Source of the DNA: a bacterium
Lineage (GTDB): Bacteria; Zhuqueibacterota; Zhuqueibacteria; Residuimicrobiales; Krinioviventaceae
Direction: 5' to 3'
DNA length: 64,000 nucleotides
Assembly (NCBI GenBank): GCA_963674595.2
Contig: CAXXFV010000027.1
Span: 160,001 to 224,000, forward strand
Shown here: one piece after another, positions 30,038 to 42,218 of the stretch
Position numbering within the stretch: the first letter of the stretch is position 1
Layout of the letters: each line of letters starts with the position of its first letter
The notes under the pieces: model-generated
Seen by the model: only the letters and a program-made list of their open reading frames with translations
Told to the model about the DNA's origin: nothing
Database searches by the model: none
Program-made: the position numbers and the translations under genes

Positions 30038-31261
30038 TTAAATATCTCTTTTAACATATTCTCTTCCATTTTTAAGCCATGTTTCCGGTCTGGACCAGCT
30101 ATCCTCGTTAACATAGGCTGTCTGGTCAATATAATCGAGTGTTTTCAATAAATTGGGATCTCCGAGTTCACGGAATATCCGGTCGTGTGGATTAAATCGG
30201 TTAAACGTATAAATACCATCAACTCCCGCGTTCCAGGCGTTTAATGCTTCTCCTCTCCATATTTTAATAGATGTTTCACCTTCAGGCTCATTGGCAGACT
30301 GAATACGTCGTTTTACAAAACAGGCATAAACAGGGATATTATATTTTTTCCCGGTTGCTGCCAAATTTTCCCAGGGTTCAAGTTTAAAATATCCCCCTCC
30401 TGTAATAATATCTATTAAATCATTTTCAAGCCAATTTTCCAGATCTATGCCGATTGCTTTACAATAATCAATGGAATCCGGAACACGGACTGAAATTAAA
30501 AACGGTCGTTTGCGTTGCAAACCGAGTTCTATTGTCATTTCCCTTATTCTTTTTATCAATCCGGTCAATAAATCACAATGTTCCCGGGTTACCTGATCGC
30601 CTGTCATTTGCGGTTTAAAAAGCACCAAATGACGAAAAAAATCAAGTTCGATGCCGTCGATATCGTATCGACTGCAAACATCTTTTAAAATACGATAAAC
30701 CTTGTCTCGCACGGGTTGAAGAGCATAATCCACGGATGACCAGCGGTTGCAGCCATAGGGAAAATTATCATCAGGCGTGCCGACAAGATAATCCGGATTC
30801 GCTTTTTTCCATTCACAGAGAGGCACACTGCTTCCGGAATCGTGTGTGTCATTCATGCGCATGGACCAAAATATTTCAAATTGACTTTTTTTGCAAAAAT
30901 CAACCATCATTGTCAATGGATCATAACCGGGCAATCCCCGAAACAGTTCGGTCTCTTTACCTGGATGTTTATAAAAATTAAAAACACCTGTGCAATAAAA
31001 TATGGAATCAACCTGCGAACCGACGAGCGGCGTTGTTCGTTTATCGAGAAATTTTGGTATTTCAGTTTTATCTTCCGGCCAAGGCGGCGCAAAGTCATTA
31101 CCGTCGTTGTTCATAATAATTCGGCGTTTTTTACTTTTGGCGATAACTCTGTCTCTGACAAGATCATTTATATCGTAATGATGCGAACATCCGGGAATGA
31201 CAAATGCCGTAGAAGCAACTGTGGCTGTTTTGATAAAATTGCGACGATTTATATTTTTCAT
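30038..31261 (-). CDS. Tat-exported glycosyl-hydrolase-like (GHL10-like) TIM-barrel protein
   Basis: Twin-arginine 'NRRNFIK', possible lipobox PG-C, 'SMRMNDTH' and 'YDIDGIELDFFRH'. Confidence 0.7.
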   Translation of the reverse strand: MKNINRRNFIKTATVASTAFVIPGCSHHYDINDLVRDRVIAKSKKRRIIMNNDGNDFAPPWPEDKTEIPKFLDKRTTPLVGSQVDSIFYCTGVFNFYKHPGKETELFRGLPGYDPLTMMVDFCKKSQFEIFWSMRMNDTHDSGSSVPLCEWKKANPDYLVGTPDDNFPYGCNRWSSVDYALQPVRDKVYRILKDVCSRYDIDGIELDFFRHLVLFKPQMTGDQVTREHCDLLTGLIKRIREMTIELGLQRKRPFLISVRVPDSIDYCKAIGIDLENWLENDLIDIITGGGYFKLEPWENLAATGKKYNIPVYACFVKRRIQSANEPEGETSIKIWRGEALNAWNAGVDGIYTFNRFNPHDRIFRELGDPNLLKTLDYIDQTAYVNEDSWSRPETWLKNGREYVKRDI

Positions 31262-31326
31262 TTTACATCCTTGTTTTTTACTATACCAAAATAAATCGTA
31301 ATATATAGAACAGTTTTAAGCAATTA

Positions 31327-32961
31327 TTATTCGGTAATCTCTAACAAAGGTATAAAAACAGGATCAATATTAAAAAGCTGTTTTGAATCTCCTTTTTCAG
31401 CAACATAAACCCGGACCTGGTGTCCCATATCGGTTTTAAAAGAGCGAATACCGTCCACATTTGTATAGTGGATAGCCGGTTCGGCCACCTCTGTGGCTGC
31501 TTTAACCAATGAGATAAATGCGCCAAACCAGTCATCTTTTTCCGGGAAAACGTATTCATCAAAAGTCCGCGGTCGCGGATGATAGCGACCGCTCGGACTT
31601 GTATTGTTACGATGTTTTAAAATTAACTTGTTTGCACCAATTTGTTCGTTTTCAATTTTGAATGGAAATATATGCAAATCATAGTCATAGGCATTGAGTA
31701 TAATATGATTCGGTGTATTCAATTTTTCTTCCCAGCCGGAGGAAATTCCAATACCAAAGTCGTCAATCGTTTCCCGATAAACAGACAAATCGCCGCGCCA
31801 TTGAGTAAAATGCCAATAGGTTGGAAGCCGGTTATAAACGCAAAGTGTTGAAGCTTCCTTTTGGTCCGTAAAACCATTCACATGAGTATAACAACCCTGT
31901 AAAAATGCAACAGCCCTTTCGTTTTCGTTTTTCCCTACAGTGGCCATGCAGTGGATTTGCTGCTCATAACAATTCCCCCCGGTAAAGCTGCCCATACCGG
32001 CATCCTGTAATTGATATGATTTGAAAATAAATGGATTTATGGCCGCCTTACCGATAACCTGGAACGGGTATTTCCGATTTTCGTTGATCTCAAGGGCTTT
32101 TTGTGGTGGTGTGTAATTTTCATAAGCTGATGTCAAAACACCGGAACGCGCATCGTTATTGATAAGAAAATTTCGATAATCACGACTGATACCGGTTACC
32201 GGAATTTTTAAGACAGGATGAGTCAGGGCCGATTGAAGTAAATAAATATAATCCATAACTTCTTTGACTTCTTTTTGAATACGATCGTCATGACAAAAAT
32301 CGTAAATATTAAACAGGTGTGAAAACACAACTCTATTATAAGTCGGAGAAGCGAATTCATCGATTCCATAAAAATAAATATGATTATACCAGCGCGTCCA
32401 TTGACTTTTGGCCATCTTTTTTATACGATAATTATCAAACCTCTCCCCCGCCATTGTAAATGTTTCCACGTATAATACAAAGATATTGCTGTAATTAACA
32501 AAATCCCGCCCAATATCAAAAACTTCCGTATCCCAGCGACGAACGGCCGCTTTCAGCAAATTTTTGGAACATGTAATAAATTTCTCCTTTGTTTGCGGAG
32601 ACATTTTATTCTGAAAATCCCATAATTTATTAAACACCCAATGTGCTTTAAATAAAGCATTGTTAAAATCCACAACCTTTTCCCCATTTTCCCATTTCCA
32701 ACCCCATTGTCCGAAGGTTATGGATTCCGGATCCTGGTCCTGCGCAGCAGTGACTTGATTAATTAAATCATCCGCTTTTAAACAATTTTCCTCACCGTCT
32801 TGCCGATAAAGTAACCAGGCATATTCAAAAAAAACATTTATATTATCAGAATATTTTTGCTCTATTTCTTTCAGTCTGAGTGTTTCAGTATCCGTCAATT
32901 TTTGTGCAAAGAGACTTGTACTAGATAAAAGACAGAAAAACAAAGTAATAAACTTTTTCAT
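31327..32961 (-). CDS. Secreted hypothetical protein, alpha-toroid lyase-like motif (homologue of 48624-50471)
   Basis: Signal peptide. 'W.......G..EFASPTY' and 'SRDY' segments align with the 48624 protein. Confidence 0.75.
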   Translation of the reverse strand: MKKFITLFFCLLSSTSLFAQKLTDTETLRLKEIEQKYSDNINVFFEYAWLLYRQDGEENCLKADDLINQVTAAQDQDPESITFGQWGWKWENGEKVVDFNNALFKAHWVFNKLWDFQNKMSPQTKEKFITCSKNLLKAAVRRWDTEVFDIGRDFVNYSNIFVLYVETFTMAGERFDNYRIKKMAKSQWTRWYNHIYFYGIDEFASPTYNRVVFSHLFNIYDFCHDDRIQKEVKEVMDYIYLLQSALTHPVLKIPVTGISRDYRNFLINNDARSGVLTSAYENYTPPQKALEINENRKYPFQVIGKAAINPFIFKSYQLQDAGMGSFTGGNCYEQQIHCMATVGKNENERAVAFLQGCYTHVNGFTDQKEASTLCVYNRLPTYWHFTQWRGDLSVYRETIDDFGIGISSGWEEKLNTPNHIILNAYDYDLHIFPFKIENEQIGANKLILKHRNNTSPSGRYHPRPRTFDEYVFPEKDDWFGAFISLVKAATEVAEPAIHYTNVDGIRSFKTDMGHQVRVYVAEKGDSKQLFNIDPVFIPLLEITE

Positions 32962-32976
32962 TAAAATTCTCCGTTA

Positions 32977-36009
<3,033 letters not shown>

Positions 36010-36101
36010 TTACAAAAATCCATTACATTTTTTTTCAAATGGTGCTCAGCAAAACTATTACCGGTTTAATATAGTTATTTTCCATTGGAACATTATTAAA
36101 A

Positions 36102-38357
36102 TTATTCCGACACTCCCCAGTTTTTATTTGGTTCGGGTCCCATATTAAACACCAGTTTGCCGCCGCATACAATTTCATCATGTTTTAGAAATGTGCGGTT
36201 AAATGGTTTATTATTTAATGTCGCAGACTGAATGTAAATATTCTCAGGAGTCAGATTATTGGCGATAATAGTAAATTCTTTACCGGTATAATAATTTTCA
36301 TCAAAATTTAAAGTTACTCGGTCAAATATCGGAGCAGTTACCTGATAAATCGGTTCTCCCGGACAAACCTGATATAAGCCCATGGCGCTCATAACAAACC
36401 AGGCAGCCATACATCCATAGTCATCGTCCATTTCCTCTAAATAACCGTCAGGCGTTGTCTTAAAAATCCTATCATAAAACGGCTTTTCAAAAAATCCATG
36501 CGTACCATAACGTTGTGTCATGGGTTCAACAAGTATTTTTCTCACCCATTTTTGCGTCAACCAGGGGGTACCGACAGAATTGAATAAAAACGGCGCCTGC
36601 ACATCCGGCTGATTACCCTGAGTATATAAATCATTATTAAAGAAATAATCAAGTTCAACGCTGAATTTCTCTTTACCGCCAATTAGGTTTACAAGTCCGG
36701 GACCATCATGAGGAACAAACCAGCGCCATTGCCAGGGAGTACCCTCATACATGTATTTTTCCCTGTTAATGTCAGGACTCTCGGGAAAATCAAGCCACTC
36801 TCCTTTTTCACTTTTCGCTCTAAAAAATTCGATATTTTTATCCCAGGTATTGTGATAAAACCGGGAACGTTTTATAAAATAATCGTAATCATCTTGTTTA
36901 CCCAATGCTTTTGCCATCTGAGCAACACACCAGTTGTCATAACAATACTCACAGGTTTGGTCAGGTCGTGCCGGTATATAGCCGATTTTGTCATATTTTT
37001 CCGGCATTTGTAACATTATCTCCTTACGCATACCGTCATAGGCTTTTTCCAGATCCGAATTCAGCAAACCTTTTGTATAAGCATCAAGCACAACAGTCAA
37101 CATGTGTTCATTTCTGACATTTAAATAGGGCACGTATCCATCAGGTCCCATACAATCAAATCCAGCTCCATGGGGTTTATGGTCTATATTTGGAAACGTC
37201 CAATAATCAGCACTTTGTTCGTAAATATCTATAATTGAATGGACAATGTCTTTCATCGCTTTCGGATCAATCAGGCTTAACAAGGGATATTTCGTCCGAT
37301 AGCTGTCCCAGAAAGCATAATTTTCATAGTGTATATAACCATCGGCAACGTGATTCTTTTTATCATATCCGGGATAAATACCGTTAACATCCGTAACATT
37401 ATTGGGGTGTGTATAGGTGTGAAATAATGCTGTGTAAAATATTTTTTGTAATTCCGGAGCTCCTTCAACTTTAATTTTTTTAAAAATTTCATCCCATTGT
37501 TTTTCAGCCTGTTTAACCGTTCCATCAAAATCCCATTCAGGGATTTCTTTTTCCAGGTTTAAGCGGGCCTGTTCAATACATGTTGCAGATAATCCGACTT
37601 TAATATAAACAATCTCATCTTTTTTTGTTTGAAAATCAAAAACAGCTAAAATTTTCTTTCCATTAACTTTATTTCCGTCGACCTTTATTTTATCATCATA
37701 TATCGAAAATGAGGTAAAAGGTTTACTGAATTTTGCATAAAAATAAAGATGTCCCGAAGTTTTAATGGAACCGGTTAACTCTTTCGAGCTCAATATATTT
37801 AAAAAAGGCTTATTTGCCTTTGAATTTGCCAAATTAAAAACAATATGAGAATTATTCGACTCGGGAAAACAATAACGATGGAAGCCGGCATGAGGACTAA
37901 CCGTCAAGTCTGCCTGAATATTGTAATCATTCAAATAAACCTGATACTGTCCCGGAGAAGCAAATTCACTTTTTTTATCAATACCTGTAAAAAGACTATC
38001 ATTGGAAAGCGGCACAGTGCCGATTACAGGCAACACAGATAAAAGCCAACTGCGATCACAAATTCGAACACCACCTGATGTGGATTTCCGGATATGACTG
38101 AATCCCCTTATTTTGTTATCAGAATAGTTATATCCTGAATGAGCAAAATCACCGTCACCTGTTAAACTACTGGGATAGGTATCCGGGCCAAGTTGAAGCA
38201 TACCAAAGGGTAATGAAGCAGCCGGAGTAAAATGCCCGTGATCTCCTTCGGTACCAATAAACGGATCAACAAGGTTTTGATATTTAGTGCCAGAGTTGCA
38301 GTTAAAAATTATAAGAGTAAAGAACAATACAAGTAAATAGTTTTTTGGAGATAGCAT
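36102..38357 (-). CDS. Glycoside hydrolase family 92 (alpha-mannosidase-like)
   Basis: 'VDPFIGT', 'PFGMLQLGPDT', 'FYTALFH', 'WDSYRT', 'YEG..WQW', 'GNQP' and 'DDDYG.MAAW'. Confidence 0.9.
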   Translation of the reverse strand: MLSPKNYLLVLFFTLIIFNCNSGTKYQNLVDPFIGTEGDHGHFTPAASLPFGMLQLGPDTYPSSLTGDGDFAHSGYNYSDNKIRGFSHIRKSTSGGVRICDRSWLLSVLPVIGTVPLSNDSLFTGIDKKSEFASPGQYQVYLNDYNIQADLTVSPHAGFHRYCFPESNNSHIVFNLANSKANKPFLNILSSKELTGSIKTSGHLYFYAKFSKPFTSFSIYDDKIKVDGNKVNGKKILAVFDFQTKKDEIVYIKVGLSATCIEQARLNLEKEIPEWDFDGTVKQAEKQWDEIFKKIKVEGAPELQKIFYTALFHTYTHPNNVTDVNGIYPGYDKKNHVADGYIHYENYAFWDSYRTKYPLLSLIDPKAMKDIVHSIIDIYEQSADYWTFPNIDHKPHGAGFDCMGPDGYVPYLNVRNEHMLTVVLDAYTKGLLNSDLEKAYDGMRKEIMLQMPEKYDKIGYIPARPDQTCEYCYDNWCVAQMAKALGKQDDYDYFIKRSRFYHNTWDKNIEFFRAKSEKGEWLDFPESPDINREKYMYEGTPWQWRWFVPHDGPGLVNLIGGKEKFSVELDYFFNNDLYTQGNQPDVQAPFLFNSVGTPWLTQKWVRKILVEPMTQRYGTHGFFEKPFYDRIFKTTPDGYLEEMDDDYGCMAAWFVMSAMGLYQVCPGEPIYQVTAPIFDRVTLNFDENYYTGKEFTIIANNLTPENIYIQSATLNNKPFNRTFLKHDEIVCGGKLVFNMGPEPNKNWGVSE

Positions 38358-38398
38358 AGGCTAATCACTCCTACATTAGTTGGAATAAATTTATGATT

Positions 38399-39772
38399 TC
38401 AAATATGAAGCCAGGGTTGTGCTTTAGACATAGGCATGGGTAATTCATGATCCGGTTGCGGCATAGGCGGGTAATCCGGCGCCTCCAGATTTGTGACCAA
38501 ATCGGAAATTCGTACCGGCATCCCTGTGGCTATTGAATGATTGGCCGCAACACCACATAATATGGAATAAGCGCCGCCACGATGATCTGCCGCCTGTAAA
38601 TATTTATCCGGTTCAGTGTTCGGCTGAAAAATATCCTTCAACATTACAGGATCAGCGCCGCCATGACCACCTTCTCCTCCCCATATATCCACCTCATAAG
38701 CCGGGGCAAAATGGGGAAATACCCGTGTCCAGGTCCCTTCTTTGTTCAATGATCCGGGTATGGTCCCGTCACCACTAATATATACCTGCTCTTCACATTT
38801 ATGTTCAATGCGGCCTTTGGTACCGTTAAAGGTAACAACATACCCTTCCCAGGGCATAAAAGCATTTAGCGAATAGGTCAATTGTGCACCGCTCTGATAA
38901 TCGATTATCACTGACATGGTGTCTTCTATATCCATATCCGGACTGAATACACATTTGTCCCGGAGATAACCATCATACTTTTCATTTTTCAAATATAAAC
39001 GGTTCAGGTTTTTTATGGATTCAATGTCCAGACAAAAGTTACATCGCTTCTTCTCAGGACAGGTATAACACCTTGTATCCCGTTTCAACAATCCATATCG
39101 GTCTGCTGTTTTGGGCGTGTAAAACACTCTCTGACCGCGTGCAAAAACTGATTTGGGAACCGTGGACAACCACCAGTTCACCAAATCAAAATGATGGGTT
39201 GACTTGTGAACCATCAGTCCGCCTGAATTCTCTTTCTTTCGATGCCAGCGGCGAAAATAGTCAGCGCCGTGTTCCGTGTCCAGCATCCAGTGAAAATCAA
39301 CAGATAATATATTTCCGATTACACCGCTCATCAACAAGTCTTTAACCTGGGCTCTGGGCGGTGCATAGCGATAATTAAACGTTACCTTACAATGCCGGCC
39401 GGTTTCTTTTTGCGTATCCAGAATAGCCTGACACTTTTTTTCATCGATGGTCATCGGCTTTTCGGTTATCACATCACAACCGGCTTTCATTGCCTTAATT
39501 ATATATTCATCATGAGCACAGTCACGGGTCGTGACGATTACACAATCCGGTTTAGTCTCTGTTAACATTTTATCAAACTCTTCCGCCCCATATCCGGGAA
39601 CCTCTACGCCATAGCCATGTGCCCAGTCAATCCGGTCCTTTAAGCGTCCGGCATTGTTATCACAAAATCCCACCAGTTCACTGCTTTCTCTATATGTTTC
39701 CAAAATTGCTTCACTATACATCTCTCCGCGGGACCCAAGCCCGACTTGAACATATCTTTTTTTCCGTACCAT
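38399..39772 (-). CDS. Gfo/Idh/MocA NAD(P)-dependent oxidoreductase (YteT-like)
   Basis: 'VGLGSRG', 'EKPM', 'HGADYFRRWHR...SGGLMVHK.THHFDL' and 'GHGGAD' motifs. Confidence 0.9.
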   Translation of the reverse strand: MVRKKRYVQVGLGSRGEMYSEAILETYRESSELVGFCDNNAGRLKDRIDWAHGYGVEVPGYGAEEFDKMLTETKPDCVIVTTRDCAHDEYIIKAMKAGCDVITEKPMTIDEKKCQAILDTQKETGRHCKVTFNYRYAPPRAQVKDLLMSGVIGNILSVDFHWMLDTEHGADYFRRWHRKKENSGGLMVHKSTHHFDLVNWWLSTVPKSVFARGQRVFYTPKTADRYGLLKRDTRCYTCPEKKRCNFCLDIESIKNLNRLYLKNEKYDGYLRDKCVFSPDMDIEDTMSVIIDYQSGAQLTYSLNAFMPWEGYVVTFNGTKGRIEHKCEEQVYISGDGTIPGSLNKEGTWTRVFPHFAPAYEVDIWGGEGGHGGADPVMLKDIFQPNTEPDKYLQAADHRGGAYSILCGVAANHSIATGMPVRISDLVTNLEAPDYPPMPQPDHELPMPMSKAQPWLHI

Positions 39773-39810
39773 TATTTCCTCATTTAACTGTAGATAATTA
39801 TATTATATAA

Positions 39811-39882
39811 AAATTCTTCCGCAGGGAATCTGATGCCTTTTCCATAACCAAAACCCTGCGGAAAGGAGGATAAGGAAGCCAC
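39811..39882 (-). other. CU-rich tract plus long hairpin and U-tract upstream of the oxidoreductase gene
   Basis: Minus strand CTTCCTTATCCTCC-TTTCCGCAGGG...CCCTGCGGAAG-AATTTT. The inner stem pairs only through G-U on the minus strand. Confidence 0.55.
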
Positions 39883-40148
39883 ATTTTAAATTTAGTTTGT
39901 GATAACAATTAAAAAAACAACAATGTAATATAAAAAAACAAAATCAGTTGTACTCTTCTAATCGTCTAAAAATCTGGATTGAGCGTCTATAAAAAGGATT
40001 GTTTTGCAATTACATCAATCAAATTTTTAAGCTATTGTAATGTATAAATGTATTCCCGCCCATATATCACAAAATGTCAAAGAACAAAAAACAGCAAATT
40101 TTGTCATCCGGAGTGTTGTTAAGAATGATAATTATTTCAAATAAAATT

Positions 40149-40178
40149 AAAAAAGTGGAGATGTATTTCTCCACTTTT
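40149..40178 (-). terminator. Intrinsic terminator
   Basis: AAAAGTGGAGA-tgtatt-TCTCCACTTTT, downstream of the 40212 gene. Confidence 0.85.
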
Positions 40179-40211
40179 CAAAAATTACAAACTTATATTT
40201 TAATGAATCCA

Positions 40212-41939
40212 TTATTTCATTAAAATCATTTTTCTTGTCTGTTTATAATCGCCGGCCTGAATAGAGTAAAAATAGATTCCTGAAGCAAGATTGGCTCCAT
40301 CCACAGTAATTTTATAATTACCAACAGTTTTATAACCATCTACCAATGTTTTTACTCTTTGACCTAATGTATTAAAGATGGCAATTTTAACAACACCAGC
40401 TCTTGGAACAACATATTCAATTGTAGTTGTTGGGTTAAACGGGTTCGGATAGTTCTGAGATAATTTATAACTTACCGGAGTCAAATATTTACCATCACCA
40501 ACGGCAGTTGTCGGTGTGATAAAAGGAGTTCGTGCCGGCGGTTGGTAAATAGCTTTTGCATTTAACATTGAATCTTTGAGTGCCGCAATAATCTGATCTC
40601 TGTTTGCAAGATAAGTTTCCTTTGCCTGAGGCCACCAGTTCAAATCACCCAGCGGTAAACCGTCGGACCCACCGGTTTTCCATGTTTCATTGGCATAGGT
40701 TAGATCAAATGGTAACGGCCAGTTACATACAGGTGCACCACCATCTGGAAACTCAACCGTACGTGGAAGAGGATCATAATTCGCTGCTCTAGCTGGGTAT
40801 GGATCTGTCCAATAACCTTCAATGAAAGCAAGAAGAGAATCGGTGGATGTTGCAGGTATTGTAAATTCAGGATCAAAGTCTTTATAATTGGTACCGATTT
40901 TATAATCGTCATCATTCAATACGAAGGAATCGACATCAGCAATTTCCCAATAACCGGATTGATGGATACTGTCATCCGGGGCAGTAGCAGTTCTGTTTGC
41001 GAACCATGCATTGATTTCATCCTGAATAAAAAATCCGTTTTGCCCAAAATAACAGGATATCGAATCAAGTTTGTCACTTACCGGCAGATAATCATTATAA
41101 GTTGTAAAATTCATTTGATAAATGTCGTTGTTTCTTATCTGGTTCGGACCATAACCAACAAATTCCCAATTGTACCAGTAATTGTTAGCGCTGATGAAAT
41201 CATAATGCCGCATTTCATGGGCAGTTTTTACATTATTGATAAAGGAATTATGAAGTATACGCGTTGTCATTTTCAAAAATGGTCCGGCGTTACATATACA
41301 TCTTCCGGTATTAACAAGTGTATTATTCTCTAAAGTGTAACTGTCTCCTCCTACATTAAAGCGAATTGACATACCGTCAAATACACTAAAGTCTCCACTT
41401 CCACCATTCATAAAAACACAATCTTTAGCGGATACATCAAGACCCTCGGCATAATTTCTGAAAACTCTTTCGTTCCAGTCACAGAAGACCATATTCTGGG
41501 CTTCAAATAACACACCTCCGTTGCTCCTCATCATGTCACTTGCGTAATTTCCTGTACTAACCATGCCACTGATTATAAAATTCTTTAAAACAAGTTCTCC
41601 ACCTTCAAGAAGCTGAAAAAGTTGTCGTCCACCACCACTGTTTGGATCAGGCGTATTAACCAAAACAGGCGGATGACCTTCAGCATGGTCCTGAACCATT
41701 GGACCGTTATCCGGACCGACAATTTCGCATCTGAATGTAATGTCCATTCGACCATCTAAGGCATAAAACGTTGATCGTTCCATTTTATAAACAGTGTGAG
41801 CACGAGACCCATCCGCAAGCGTGTCAGCCAGAATTTGAGCGTTGACAAATTCATTCGGATCCAAAACCATTTCATCCTGAGCAAGTATTGGTGCTGAGAT
41901 CGTTAAGCATAAAATGATTAGTAAAGTTAATTTTTTCAC
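40212..41939 (-). CDS. Secreted TonB-receptor partner protein with secretion C-terminal sorting domain (GTG start)
   Basis: Signal peptide, beta-helix-like Asn-rich middle, 'DGLPLGDLNWWP' and 'LSQNYPNPFNP...RKMILMK'. Confidence 0.8.
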   Translation of the reverse strand: MKKLTLLIILCLTISAPILAQDEMVLDPNEFVNAQILADTLADGSRAHTVYKMERSTFYALDGRMDITFRCEIVGPDNGPMVQDHAEGHPPVLVNTPDPNSGGGRQLFQLLEGGELVLKNFIISGMVSTGNYASDMMRSNGGVLFEAQNMVFCDWNERVFRNYAEGLDVSAKDCVFMNGGSGDFSVFDGMSIRFNVGGDSYTLENNTLVNTGRCICNAGPFLKMTTRILHNSFINNVKTAHEMRHYDFISANNYWYNWEFVGYGPNQIRNNDIYQMNFTTYNDYLPVSDKLDSISCYFGQNGFFIQDEINAWFANRTATAPDDSIHQSGYWEIADVDSFVLNDDDYKIGTNYKDFDPEFTIPATSTDSLLAFIEGYWTDPYPARAANYDPLPRTVEFPDGGAPVCNWPLPFDLTYANETWKTGGSDGLPLGDLNWWPQAKETYLANRDQIIAALKDSMLNAKAIYQPPARTPFITPTTAVGDGKYLTPVSYKLSQNYPNPFNPTTTIEYVVPRAGVVKIAIFNTLGQRVKTLVDGYKTVGNYKITVDGANLASGIYFYSIQAGDYKQTRKMILMK

Positions 41940-42094
41940 AATAGCTCTCCTTTTTCTATTTTATAGAAACCATCTATTAGTTTACAACTCTACCATAAAT
42001 ACAGATTAAAAACACTTGAACGATATTTTTCTCCTCTTCAAATTATCCCTCACTAATTGGATTTATTAAAAATAACATTATTTAATTCTCTGTC

Positions 42095-42106
42095 ATCACC
42101 TCCTTA
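42095..42106 (-). promoter_or_regulatory. Orphan perfect 12-nt Shine-Dalgarno sequence
   Basis: Minus strand TAAGGAGGTGAT, complementary to the canonical 16S 3' end AUCACCUCCUUA. No properly spaced start codon follows. Confidence 0.55.
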
Positions 42107-42218
42107 AAATTTGCATTATCAGTTTCATTCATTTTATAATGATTTTCCTAGAAAAGAACTGATTACTCTCATTTAACTAAAGTATTTTTTGGTACTGCCA
42201 ATAAATAGTTTTGTTGAT

